A stretch of DNA of 63,153 nucleotides, filler included, from Reticulomyxa filosa (lineage: Eukaryota; Protista; Foraminifera), in the NCBI GenBank assembly GCA_000512085.1. It is 14 parts of 14 records of this genome, joined end to end, with 100 filler letters (N's around TTAATTAATTAA, not from the genome) between each part and the next. Parts side by side here need not be neighbours in the genome. Positions count along the whole stretch, not along the records: positions 41,339 to 43,912 come from ASPP01017120.1; positions 44,013 to 45,894 come from ASPP01003771.1; positions 45,995 to 53,320 come from ASPP01008391.1; 11 more parts are not named here. The stretch is one strand, 5' to 3'. The notes below the pieces were generated by a model, which searched no databases, was not told where the DNA came from, and saw only the letters and a program-made list of their open reading frames with translations. Position numbers and translations under genes: made by a program. Shown piece after piece: positions 41,442 through 53,420 of the stretch (its first letter is position 1; the number at the start of each line of letters is the position of its first letter).

Positions 41442-42062
41442 ATGTCACGTTTAGCTATTTTCAAGCAAAAATCATATCTATCTTTAGGTAAAGACTCTCA
41501 CTTTAGAATCGAAAACAGTAAACAAAGTGGATATGATAATTATGGGAATCCTTATCTTTATAGTTCCAGAATTCATTTAATCGATAACTTACTTGATCAT
41601 ACACGAAATTTTAAAGTTCCCTTAGACTTGTCTTATGATGCTAACGAAGCTCATGAATTGGAGCAGAAGAACCCTAATTCTGATAAGATGCTAGTTCCAA
41701 ATAATTTAGCTGACTTGGAATCCTATATAAGGAAGGCTAATACATTTTATCAAACAGAGAGTTATAAAATGCTCAATGCATGTGAACTGCAGATAGGAAT
41801 TAAAACCGGATTGTTGATTGGAATCCCTATTCTAATCGCAGCAGGTTTTACTATTGCTAATAAAATAAATGTACTGGTTTTTTCCGCCATCACCCTCGGT
41901 TCATTTCTATTCACAGCACTAGCTCTATCTCATTCTATAATTTCTTCTTATTCTCGCACTATGGAAAATGCACTGCCTTCTCAAAGTTTAGGAAGCTTCA
42001 TTGATGGCTTAGGAGCGCTACCGTACCCAACATTTTTAATGGAAACGTTAGTGCAATGCTAG
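41442..42062 (+). CDS. Hypothetical protein with a C-terminal TM hairpin (bacterial contig)
   Basis: Intronless 206-aa ORF with two hydrophobic helices, converging on nadE; no recognised domain. Confidence 0.65.
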   Translation: MSRLAIFKQKSYLSLGKDSHFRIENSKQSGYDNYGNPYLYSSRIHLIDNLLDHTRNFKVPLDLSYDANEAHELEQKNPNSDKMLVPNNLADLESYIRKANTFYQTESYKMLNACELQIGIKTGLLIGIPILIAAGFTIANKINVLVFSAITLGSFLFTALALSHSIISSYSRTMENALPSQSLGSFIDGLGALPYPTFLMETLVQC

Positions 42063-42148
42063 CTATAATCATAGACAAAGATGTTAGAAGAGATTTAGAA
42101 TCAACTAGACAGAGAGTCGCGTGGGAAAGATAAGGTAACAATAAAGCT

Positions 42149-43783
42149 TCACATGAACTTATTCGTCACAGGGTATCTTCTATCTTTATTAAATGAAACT
42201 TTATTAATTTTTGTACCAATAGGCCCTTGCCGTCTTTTATACTCATTTGCTACGATCATTTTAAAAATTCTTTCCACTAATTTTTCATCAACCCCTGCAG
42301 CAACAATTTCTCGGATTGATTTATCTTCTTCAATAATTTGATAGAGTATTTTATCAAGAACATCATAGGCAGGGATTGTATCTTGATCCTTTTGATTATG
42401 CCTCAATTCAGCAGTTGGAGCTTTGGTAATGATTCTGTTAGGAAAAAGCTCAATTTTATTTAATTTACTTTTATGTGGGATATTTTTATTTCGCCAATTT
42501 ACTAGCTGATAAATTTGAGTTTTATATAAATCCTTAATCGGAGCGAATCCTCCGCTCATATCTCCATATAGTGTAGTATAACCTGTAGCAGATTCAGATT
42601 TATTACTCGTTGATAACAACAACTCATTAAATTTATTAGAAATTGCCATCATCAATAGGCATCTAATTCTTGCCTGTAAATTTTCTTCAGTGGCGTCTTC
42701 AGACTTTCCCTTAAAGCTTGCATGAAGCTCTTCTAAGCATGTTGCAAATATTTTTTGAATTGAGATTTGATCTAAATTTATTCCAGCATTTTCAGCAATT
42801 TGTTTTGCATCTTCAAAACTCTCTATACTTGTATACTTTGATGGTAACATTAAGCATCTAACATTCTCAGCACCTAATACATCTGAAGCAAGCACCGCAA
42901 CTAATGCTGAATCAATACCTCCAGAAAGACCTAAAATTATTTTTTTAAAACCATTTTTATTTAGATAATCACCCAATCCTACCATCAAAGCGTGATAAAT
43001 ATGGTTTAGTGAGTCGTATTCTATTTGTTCACTTTGCTTTATGACCTGAATTTGTTTATCGGTTAGAGAGTAAATTTCTGTGGTCTCTTGCCAAAAGCTA
43101 GGTTTCTTAACTAATTGTCCAGAATGGTTAAGAACAAAGCTGCCTCCATCAAATGTAAGGTCATCCTGCCCACCGAATAAATTAACATAAAATAATGCTT
43201 TTTTATATTGTTTAGCAATTTTTGTTGCAAGTTCAAGGCGCTTTTCCTGTTTTCCAATTTCAAATGGAGAAGCATTGATAACTATAAAAAAATCGGCTTG
43301 CTGGTCATTTAACTGATTAGCAACATCATCATACCACATATCTTCGCAAATCATACAACCGAGCTTTGCATGCTTAAAAACTAACGGGCTTATTTCGGTG
43401 CCAGGTTGGAATATTCTTTGCTCATCAAATACACCATAATTAGGGAGATTAATTTTATTAAAAGTTCCAGATATCCTACCATCTTCTATTAATATACCTG
43501 CATTATACAACTTAGCTTTTTGAAGTAGAGGAATAGAAATTATAATCCCAGTAGTTTTTCCTTTAGTTAAATCACATATCAACTCTACTTTTGCTGTAAT
43601 TGCTTGTAAAAAATCTTTATTTTTAGTTAAATCTTCAGTGAAATACCCAGTTAACGCTAACTCAGGATAAACAACTAAATCAACCTTATTTTTAACTGCT
43701 GAAGCGTAGCAATTGTTTATAAGGTTAAAATTATAGTCTAAGTCCCCTACTATAGGATTTATTTGAGCTATTTCTATCAGCAT
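42149..43783 (-). CDS. nadE: Glutamine-dependent NAD+ synthetase (bacterial)
   Basis: N-terminal CN-hydrolase domain (YPELALTGY, KINLPNYGVFDE, ICEDMW) and synthetase domain (LGLSGGIDSAL, ENLQARIR, NKSE, GYTTLYGD, APTAELR, EYKRRQ); intronless, 544 aa. Confidence 0.96.
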   Translation of the reverse strand: MLIEIAQINPIVGDLDYNFNLINNCYASAVKNKVDLVVYPELALTGYFTEDLTKNKDFLQAITAKVELICDLTKGKTTGIIISIPLLQKAKLYNAGILIEDGRISGTFNKINLPNYGVFDEQRIFQPGTEISPLVFKHAKLGCMICEDMWYDDVANQLNDQQADFFIVINASPFEIGKQEKRLELATKIAKQYKKALFYVNLFGGQDDLTFDGGSFVLNHSGQLVKKPSFWQETTEIYSLTDKQIQVIKQSEQIEYDSLNHIYHALMVGLGDYLNKNGFKKIILGLSGGIDSALVAVLASDVLGAENVRCLMLPSKYTSIESFEDAKQIAENAGINLDQISIQKIFATCLEELHASFKGKSEDATEENLQARIRCLLMMAISNKFNELLLSTSNKSESATGYTTLYGDMSGGFAPIKDLYKTQIYQLVNWRNKNIPHKSKLNKIELFPNRIITKAPTAELRHNQKDQDTIPAYDVLDKILYQIIEEDKSIREIVAAGVDEKLVERIFKMIVANEYKRRQGPIGTKINKVSFNKDRRYPVTNKFM

Positions 43784-44028
43784 TAATTAACATTTTATAT
43801 TTTTTAAATACGATAAGATCAAAATACACTAACTACAAGTCATATTCATGATTACAAGCTTAAAAAAATTAGAGAGTCTTTACCAATAGGTAGTTATACC
43901 ATTTCCTGAAGTNNNNNNNNNNNNNNNNNNNNNNNNNNNNNNNNNNNNNNNNNNNNTTAATTAATTAANNNNNNNNNNNNNNNNNNNNNNNNNNNNNNNN
44001 NNNNNNNNNNNNAAACATATATAAATAG

Positions 44029-44766
44029 GTCGATTGAACAATAGTAAAGATGGGAGATATGTGAATGGATTTGTAATACGAAAGTTAGAGGATCGCAATC
44101 AATGGTTGTTGCACATGTGTGAAGTGATTTACGCGAGCGAGAGAAACAAGTTGGAAATGAAACGTCGATCCGACCCATCTGAATATCAACGCATCTCTCT
44201 TCAATTGGATGCTCGTTCCAAAACTTCCGCTACCATGTTCTTTTTTTTTTTTTTTTTTTTTTGTTGGGTGAGAACAAAAATTTGATTGGTTGCAAACTTG
44301 TTTCTGTAATGTGTTCTGGGGTTGTTCTTTGTGAAATAATGGTTGTGTGAACAGGAACGAGACGGAAAATAGAGGAGATGAAATGAAGGTGACATCAAGC
44401 AATAGGGTCACTCGCATGAGCAGCAGACCGGAACCAGCCGAAAAAGAAAAAACAGACAAAGATTACGTTGTGACGGAAAGGATGTCACAGTGGACACAAC
44501 CAACAAGCGCTCTTCTTTCACAAGATTGGGAGGCCACCCAAGACGACATTAACAGTGTCCAAAAAGAAATTTTAGCCAAAATTAAAAATAGCAAATTGAC
44601 TGCGACCAGCCAAGGCATCGACTTTTATTCCATACTCCAACTTATGCGCAATCGCTTCACTTCCAAAAATGCCAATGAATTGCAGATGCATTTGCAGCAA
44701 TTAGTCGACATTGGCTATCTTTTCAATACTGTTGATAGCCAACATTTTAAAACTTGTCAATTTTAA
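44029..44766 (+). CDS. RPA2: Replication protein A 32-kDa subunit (end of OB fold + C-terminal winged helix), 5' partial, spliced
   Basis: GFVIRKLEDRNQWLLHMCEVIYA resembles the end of the RPA32 OB fold. LQQLVDIGYLFNTVDSQHFK matches the RPA32 C-terminal GxIYSTxDxxHFK motif. Confidence 0.75.
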
Positions 44767-44776
44767 ACATAGTCAC

Positions 44777-44807
<31 letters not shown>

Positions 44808-44979
44808 TATTGTTTATTCAGTCTTGAATAAATTTTTACTGCAATTCTTAATGCTTGGGAAAATATCTTTTTTTTTTAGAAGGTTTAAATGAATTGGTTT
44901 AAAGTATGATAAAAACAAAATTGCACTATCAAAAAAAAACCTTTTTTTAGGCGAGTTTCGCACCAAAAATGGTTAGAAA

Positions 44980-45700
44980 ATGCTACCTAAGTGGATACTG
45001 TCTGCTCTCTATGGTTTCTAACTTTGAAAGCAGCGAAACAAGATTTTGTGAAAAGTTTGAATAAATCCAGTTTTGCTGACTTTGTTTCATCTCATAAGCG
45101 TGTTTTAGTAGAGTTTTACACACCATGGTGCGAGCACTGCAAAGCGATGCAATTAGAATTTGAAAAAACTGCAAAACATTTGCAAAAAGATGGAGCAGAG
45201 ACTGAAGATGAAAATATAAAGTATTTGTTTGAGGGAGATCTAACAAACAAGAACGAGTTGCAGGAATGGATTGCAAAGTATATGAATGGACATGTTCAAA
45301 GATTTTTTAAATCACAAGACCCACCAAAATAAATGATGGCACGATATGTGATGGATATATACATATACATGTATACAATAATATAAATCATGTGTATATT
45401 AAAATAACAGGCAAGACCTTGAAAATATTGTTGGAAAAGACAAACATATATTTGTTGATTTTTATGCACCATGGTGTGAACATAGCAAGAGATTAGAACT
45501 AGAATATGATAAAGTTGTAATGGCATTTTCAAATTCACAACACATTATCATTGCAAAAATGGATGTAATGCAAAATGATTGTTCTCAAAAAATTCAACCA
45601 TTTCCTACACTTATTTCTTATCCAAAAGGGTCAAAAAAATGGCATTCAGTACAATGGAGGACGTACTGTAACTGAAATGATAGACCGGTTACATATATAA
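44980..45700 (+). pseudogene. Protein disulfide isomerase pseudogene (internally deleted, frameshifted)
   Basis: LVEFYTPWCEHCK and a second site VDFYAPWCEHSK; FFKSQDPP, IIIAKMD and PFPTL fragments. Most of the b/b' region is missing, with stops and frameshifts. Confidence 0.75.
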
Positions 45701-46103
45701 ACATGATGTTTGTAAAGATAATTTGTATTTAAACGATTAGACAAAGGTACATTAATTTTTGTATGATAAAATTTTCTTTGTTCAAGAGAACCATTTACAT
45801 TTTGAGCTTTTTTGATTGTATTTAATTAAGGTTTTTATCTTAAATCTTGTTTTTTGGATTAAAAAAAAAAGGATTATTCCCAAATTCGAATAGTNNNNNN
45901 NNNNNNNNNNNNNNNNNNNNNNNNNNNNNNNNNNNNNNTTAATTAATTAANNNNNNNNNNNNNNNNNNNNNNNNNNNNNNNNNNNNNNNNNNNNCCCCCC
46001 CCCCTTCCTCCTTTGCCCTTAAAATATTCCAAACCTATGGTCACTGTTGTTGATCTTCTCTCAATAATTTTTTTTTGCGTTTGGGATATCAATTGTGCAC
46101 AGA

Positions 46104-49100
46104 TAGGAATGGAAACATTGGCATTGAAATTTGTCGGTGATTTGACAAACTTGTTAGCATCCGACCCAGAGAGCTTGGATATGGCCTATCGAACACTGTT
46201 AGCCGGAGCATATCATTTACAAGCACACCTGCAGATGCTATGTCTTAACTGTGCTTGTTTGGAACAAGAACCTAAACATGACAAATCTGAGCAAATTCAA
46301 GGTCAGGGTCAAGCACAAGCACAAGCACAAGGACAGGGACAAGGACAAGAACATTCACAACAGTTTTCCCACTCAGTGTCACAGCATATCCACAATTTGC
46401 AAGATGAACTATTTGCACATCCTTTGTCAGTAGAAGAAATTACAAAACTTAGCCAATCAACAACCCATCGAAGAATGGATGAGATTTTCGGCTTCATTCA
46501 GTTTGAAGTATCAATTCGTATCCAATACTGGATGGAGAGATCGCTGCAACTGACCCGAGATGCGATTATGCGAGCTGCGGAAAATGAGAAATGGGATCCG
46601 ACCGAAAGTAGATCTCTGCATGCCAATGATGCCAATCTTTTGTCTCGAGAAAAATCTTTTGATGTGCACGACAGAGGCCGAGCAAGCACATACTCAGATG
46701 ACGACCGAGCGACATATGCGCCATTTATTACAGATTCGTTTCTTTTCTTTGACAACGCAATTACTGCGTATTTTATGAATATCAAAGGATTCCCTCCAGA
46801 AGCAATGCACTCTTCCGAACAGTTTTTCCAACAAATGCGTGAGCTGGTCGAATATGTTCTGAGCATTATCAATGGCTCGTTTGCAGATGTGGAGACAATT
46901 GAAAACGAAACGGGTCCGGAAGAGAATGCCAAAGAGTCGCTGTTTGGACTTGGACATGCGGGCAAAATTAAAAAAAAGAATACACAAAAAGTATTTGCTC
47001 GCCACATTTGGAAGCATTTTTCATTCACAAAGCACCAAGACAAATCTTTCCATTGCGATGAAACGGAAGAAGGTTGTGTCAACCGTGATGTCGTTATTGA
47101 AATGCAAGTATTGGAAGACGAGCAGTTCAAAAAAGAATTAAAATACACCTGCGTCAAATTCTCGAGCATCTCACGTGCTCAAGAAATCATTCCGGAAATG
47201 AGTGGTCAATTGCTGAAGCACATTGATAGCTTGGAAATCCCCATTGAACCCGTTTAGTTTATTTATGATTTACCATGTCAAACAAAATCCTCGTTTGTAA
47301 TTTGCAAATTGTATTGATAGTCGGTTATATCAAAGACCTTGTTTTTTTTTATGTTTAAAAAAAAAAAAAAAGTTTCTGAAAGAGAGATTTTCAAAATGTC
47401 GAGAAACGTTGAAGAACGCCTGCTACAAATGCGTGAATGACTGCAAAGAAATTGTTCAAGCGGCAATCCCTCGGGCCGCACGTTCGATGGCATGCCAATT
47501 TTTGGACGTGCAAAACTCGCAGTTTTTTAGCTTAAAACTGTACGCACCTCGACGTGTGCCATCCACAACGATCATCAAAACTGGTTTGCTGCAGAAAATG
47601 GTCGATTATTTGAATCAGTGCGACCAATATTTGAAAGTCAAAGATATGAGAAAACTGACGTGTTGTTTGGCAGGGGTATTTGCTCAACGAATGCGTGACG
47701 TGTTGATATCTCCAAAGACTATGCGGGTATTTATCTTCAGTGATCACACAGTAATCACCGAAGACTTTGAAAAGGTGTTGCAATTATTCGACGAATTCAA
47801 CGAAATTGACTTTGATCGAAAGCGCTCCCCTGTCGATCAGCCCAACCATCCGTTTTTCCCTTATTACGAAATTGTGAAATATATGGAAATCCCAACCAAA
47901 AGTCTGGTCCATCAACACAATGTCATTATGGCCGAAAGATATGAAGAACAGTCAAAGCGAATAACACCTCTATTGAACGCTATGCCGACCACGGTTCTGC
48001 CCTCTGTCCTTCCTCTGCAAACTAAAAACGCTCCCACTACAAAAACACTTCCGGAAGAAGAAAAACAAACCCAGGAACAGTCTGAAGTCTTTTCCATTGC
48101 AAAAATAGCAAGTGAACTTGTCTCTTCGCAATTAAGTCAACAGTATATTACACCGTGGGATCATCCCATTTTTTCTGTTCTCGCTCGTCGTAATGAAGAA
48201 GAAGCGCAACTCTATGTAACACACTTCACAGGCAAGGATGAAGCCGCAGTTGGGTCTTTTTATTATGCATGATCCACAAAACAATGTGTTGTACAAGCAT
48301 AATCTGTTATCTCTTGCTCTCTTTCTTTTCTGTTTTTCTATCAAACTCTTACTAAATCATCAACTCTCCTCTTTTCCTATGACATTGCACATTTGTCCTT
48401 TACAACTTTCAGGCACTTGATCTGAACAAAGCAAAGGCAGTCGTTCGAGTAATCGTGCACAAGGCCAAAAATTGTGCTGCCATGGACATTGATGGCACTT
48501 CTGATCCATGTTGAGTCAATATCTTAAGTTATTGTTGTTGTTTTTTTTTTTGAGGAGTAATCTTGTTTGTTCAAATGTACTGTTGACCTATAGATGTCAA
48601 TGTCACTATTCACTCCATCTCTCAGTCGACTCGGGTCATTCGACGAACGTTAACTCCAACATGGGAGCAAGCTTTAGATTTTGAATTTAGCCATAACATT
48701 TTGGCAGCTATTAAGAAATCTGGTTTGTTTTTGTTTTTAAAAAAATTAATTAAATAAATAAAAAATGTCATATACTTTGGGCTTAATCAGGTAAGTTTAT
48801 GATATTGTTTGAAGTAATGGATTGGGATCCATTATCACCTGATGAATTTGCAGGCTATCAAGAATTAACCGTTGATGTTGGTCAAGAGAATGTGGAAGAA
48901 GAGTGGCTGAAGCTGCAAAACAAGCCAAAGAACAGTGCATCCAATAATCCAAATTCCAATGTGACCAATGAAAATAAGACCACTGACGATGTGAACAGAG
49001 GTGAACTTCAGGTGAGTGTTGAAGTTCAAAATATTTGGTCATTAATTAATGAATTGAAAGATGAGGACAAATCTTTTCTTTCACTTGCAGGTCTGGAGAA

Positions 49101-49167
49101 TGACAAAATCAAAAATCTTTCTGCGAATAGAGAAAAAAGGAAACTCTCAAAGTTTTTTCGTTTTTAA
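46104..49167 (+). CDS. Munc13/Unc13-like protein (MUN/MHD helical region + C-terminal C2 domain), 5' partial, multi-exon
   Basis: Helical ORFs 46013..47257 (WMERSLQLTRDAIMRAAENEKWDP, MHD1-like) and 47409..48272. Spliced C2 domain VRVIVHKAKNCAAMDIDGTSDPYV...TLTPTWEQ...FEVMDWDPLSPDEFAG. The C2 call is firm; the MUN call is inferred. Confidence 0.65.
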
Positions 49168-49529
49168 TTTTTTCCAATGTTTTTTCTTTGCTTTTTAGGT
49201 TTTTTGTTTGCGTTGATATTTAGATTGTAGTATTTGATTTGTCGCTTTTCGTTTAATTATTGATAATCCTAGTTTGTCATCTTATAACTTTTTCTTATTA
49301 AGTTTTAATCAAATTTTGTGATTCTTCAAAAATTTCTCCAACAACCACTTTTCTGATTTTTTGTTCTTGCTTTGTATGTCACTTTTCATATACAATCGCT
49401 ACGAAAATTTGGTGAAGTAGCCCTTATTATCATTAGTTTGACAGAGATGTAGAGTTTCAACAACTAGAGCAAATTGTACCACAAAAAAAACCTTCTTTTG
49501 TGTCGGAAATACTCTTGATTCTTTTTTTA

Positions 49530-50285
49530 ATGGCATTTTTGGAAACAAGAGCTGTTGAAAATGTCGACAAACCAGCAGAAGAACTGTACAGCAAAAAAAT
49601 TACTCTAAAATTTGACGAATGGAAAAAAGAGTACGACGCTAGAGACCTACAAAGTCAAGCCCACTCTGTGGGGCCTCGAATGTATTTGGGTCCGCTAAGT
49701 GTAGCACATAATGTGAATGATTTATTTTATTTGAACATTGGGTATACAGTGACATTAACAGGGGATGAAGAAATATCATCGCAAATCCCGATTAGGGATG
49801 ACACTCGCCGTTTGCATTGTAAAATGTTAGATACAGTGGCATCGAACGTTTTATCTCAAATGACAAAAGAATATCCGAGGATGGTTGACTGGGTAAAAAG
49901 TAAAATGTCCAAAGAAGAAAAAACACAAAAGAATGTATTAGTTCATTGCTCCTCAGGAATCTCAAGATCGAGTAGCTTTGTCATTTATTACTTAATGAAG
50001 AATGATCAAATGTCATTGCAAAAGGCCTATCATCATGTTTTTACAATTAGGCCTTGCATACTGCCCAATGATATGCTATTTCAGGGCTTGCAAAATTTAG
50101 AAAAAGGACTCTTTGATATAACAGATGCATCCATGAAAAGCAATGATTATTCTGCTTATGCTTTGTATGTGATGTTGAGATGGATCAAAAATATTACTTT
50201 AAAGTCTTGCTATCAAGCCCTCGAACACTGTGAGGGAAATGCAGATCGTGCTTGTCAATATTTAATAGATTTGTATTCTTCATAA
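49530..50285 (+). CDS. Dual-specificity protein phosphatase with C-terminal UBA-like domain
   Basis: MYLGP, catalytic VHCSSGISRS, YLMK and IRPCILPN; C-terminal CYQALEHCEGNADRACQYLI. Confidence 0.88.
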   Translation: MAFLETRAVENVDKPAEELYSKKITLKFDEWKKEYDARDLQSQAHSVGPRMYLGPLSVAHNVNDLFYLNIGYTVTLTGDEEISSQIPIRDDTRRLHCKMLDTVASNVLSQMTKEYPRMVDWVKSKMSKEEKTQKNVLVHCSSGISRSSSFVIYYLMKNDQMSLQKAYHHVFTIRPCILPNDMLFQGLQNLEKGLFDITDASMKSNDYSAYALYVMLRWIKNITLKSCYQALEHCEGNADRACQYLIDLYSS

Positions 50286-51513
50286 AAATTTTGTTAAGGC
50301 ATTTGGTTCGTTACTGTTCTCTTGCAACAAATTTAACTTTCAAATATTGTTCTGACATTCTATTACCACTTTTTTATTTAAAGACAAATGTCAATACACT
50401 GAAATACTAGTAAAAATAGTTAAGTCAACACCGAAAATGTCTGTCGAGATACAACGTTGTATATGCAATTTTGTGAAAAACAATTGAACGAACTAAATAC
50501 GCCCATATCGAAACAATTTATCAAATAAAATAATATCATCCAAAAATATAAAAACTTAACAGGTGTTAAATGTATGAGAACTAACAAGTTTTCAACGCAT
50601 ATTAAGAGTGTAGAACTATTGGTTATAAAATATTACAAACAAATATATTACTATAATACTTTTATTAATATTAGTTTTGTGGTTGTGGTACAAAAAGTGC
50701 ACAAATATGTAAAAATAAAAAAACTATGCTAAGAATCAAATCGAAAAAGGTCTAATTAAACAATATTTTTAATAACGTAATAATTAACTTGATCACTATC
50801 ACTTAATGAAAAAACAGTTTCTATTTACTTAAATAGAATTATGGCTCTCTTTTCATTGCTTTATTGCTTGATATTGGCTACTTTATTGGCATCATAAAAA
50901 TGAATATTGTACGATTGAATTTTTCACTTTATTTTACGGCTATTCGAAAAGTGTAATAAAATTGAAGTATCGAAAGATTTGTTCAAAAGGGGTCAGTTCC
51001 AGTTTTTAATTTTTTATCTGTCATGTTTTTACTTTCCTTTTAGTTCTTGTACATAAATACTTGTTCTAAGTGCTAATTACTCTTGTAGTCCAAGTTTTTG
51101 TTTTGTTTTTTTGTGATTTTTGAGTTTGAACAAAACAGAACAAAATAGTTTTTCAAATACTTTTGTATCATAATTTTCTTTTAGTGTGAATTTTTTTCAA
51201 AATATTATACTTCTGATGCTTGTTTTGGGGAGTATTTTGCGCCACTTGTAATATTTATGGAAGAAATACAAGTTTTGCTGATTTATTTATAAAGAGTCGG
51301 TATGCAGTGACATGGTCATCCCAAAAGAACTTTCGTAAATCCAGTGAATCAATTTGAAAATTAACAAAAGAAAATACAAAGCATATTTTTATTAACGAAG
51401 TTTGGAAGTTTTCAGTTGTTTGAAGTAGTGATAAATTTTGTATTTGCAAGATTTGAAATAAAAAGACAAGTCCCCAAAAAAATTTCGTCTTGATTTCAAA
51501 TGAATGTTTTAGA

Positions 51514-52693
51514 TCAGAACGACAAAAATTTGTATCCTGTAGGGCCCAAAAATTTGTTTATGAATTGAATCATCACCGCAGGCCCACATTCCAGGACAAG
51601 TAAATCGTCAGAAGGTTTTGGAAAGATTTGTTTCACCAAATCTTCGGTCACAAATCCAACACCTCCTTTCCATTCAACACCAACCGGGGCCTATGCATAA
51701 CAAAAAGAAGTGTAATAATGAAAATAAGAGAATATACAAATAAAACAGAAACAAGACAAATAAAATACGGCAAACCTTGTCCAAGATAAAAAAGAGATGG
51801 AATCGTTTGTGCTTCTCGGCCAATTCTTCTAATTCTTCACGCAATAGTATGTCATCGACAGACCGGTTTGCAAAAATCAAATAAATTTCAGTTTCGTCGT
51901 TTGGATCGGATAGAATTTGATTAATGACTTGTAGCATGGGGGTAATACCCGTACCACCCGCAATCATTCCAACTTTCTGGAATTTGATTACACCTAAAGG
52001 AGACTCCACCTTCAATCTTTGTTGTTCTGCTGATAATGGTCTCTCCAGATCGATTGTTCCTGGCGCCGTGTATGTTATGCGACCTGTCAAGTCATCCATT
52101 TTTAGATTGTATTTTTTTTTGGTTTGATTAGATTATTTTAGTTTGTTTTTTGAAAATAAAATCGAAATACAAATTCTTTTTAATGAAAATAACCTTCGGG
52201 ACCCTTGACTTCGACGATATCTCCTACTTTCAGACTGTTTAAACGTTGTGTAAGTACACCTTTCTCGTAAATTTTTATGACCAACTCAAAAATTCCCAAA
52301 TCTTTATCTGAAGATACTGGGGTGTACGGCCTTGATATGAAATTGCCGTCGTCGTCTTTGAAGTCGGGCACCCGCAACATTAAATGTTTACCTACCGGTA
52401 ATCCTAACATTGATTTTGGATTTGAGAGATTGAATACAAATCGAACCGTATTATGCGACACATTCACTCGTTTTGCCAATTTAAACTGACGCCATTCACC
52501 CTTTTTCAGTCCTGTAATTTCATTGTGAAAACATCTCGTTGTGTTCAAACAACAAAAAGAAGACCTATTTTATACACTTACCTTTTGGTGCCGCTTCGGT
52601 TGCGTAAGTTGTGTATATAACATAGACAAGTGCCACTCCTACAACTGCACCAAAGGCTAAAGGTCTCCAATCAAATTTTGTTTCCATGTTCAT
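51514..52693 (-). CDS. NADH-cytochrome b5 reductase, N-terminal anchor, 4 exons
   Basis: [39 protein letters not shown] and LIFANRS; last exon ...[10 protein letters not shown]...FLSF* ending at 51514. Confidence 0.93.
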
Positions 52694-52875
52694 TTTTTTT
52701 AAAAACTATACCCCCTTCAGCCTTGTTCAAGTTTTTCCTGAGAAAATTTCTTTTAAATATTTCAACTTTCGTGCACGATCGAAGAGTGAGTACAAAGGTT
52801 TGCATAGATTTGTATTGCGAAATCACTTTGAGTAGAAATATATCTTTTTTGTAAAAAAAAAGTCGAAATTTAAAA

Positions 52876-53266
52876 TTAAGCCATTTTCTGTGTTGCATAG
52901 TGTTTTATTTGTTTTATGAACTCAGCGATATTATCATAATTTAGGCCTTGTGCTTGAGCATCAACAGCATTTCCACCTCCCCGTCCATTGATAAGAGCAA
53001 CTGCACTGTTTAACCAATCTTTGGCGTTTAACACTTTTGCCAATGGTGATGTCCCTGGGACGTTGATTTTTACCATCACCTTGCTCTTAATTTCAAGTTC
53101 TGCAACAGATATCCATATGATTGGTGTTTGTTCTGCCACCTTGTGAAATTCATTGATGCCTTCTGAAATAGCTTTGCTGTCCAATCCGACATCAACTCGT
53201 TCCACAACAAATGACAATTTTTCTGCAATCGCTTTTTCTGCCAATCGTTTGCCGTATGTTTTGGCC
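52876..53266 (-). CDS. Alanyl-tRNA synthetase C-terminal (C-Ala/DHHA1) exon, 5' partial
   Basis: LNAKDWLNSAVALINGRGGGNAVDAQAQG is the typical eukaryotic AlaRS C-terminal motif. Confidence 0.75.
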
Positions 53267-53420
53267 TTTTTTTTTGTTTGTGTTATTATCACAGCTTATT
53301 TATTAAGTAAAAAAAAAAAANNNNNNNNNNNNNNNNNNNNNNNNNNNNNNNNNNNNNNNNNNNNTTAATTAATTAANNNNNNNNNNNNNNNNNNNNNNNN
53401 NNNNNNNNNNNNNNNNNNNN

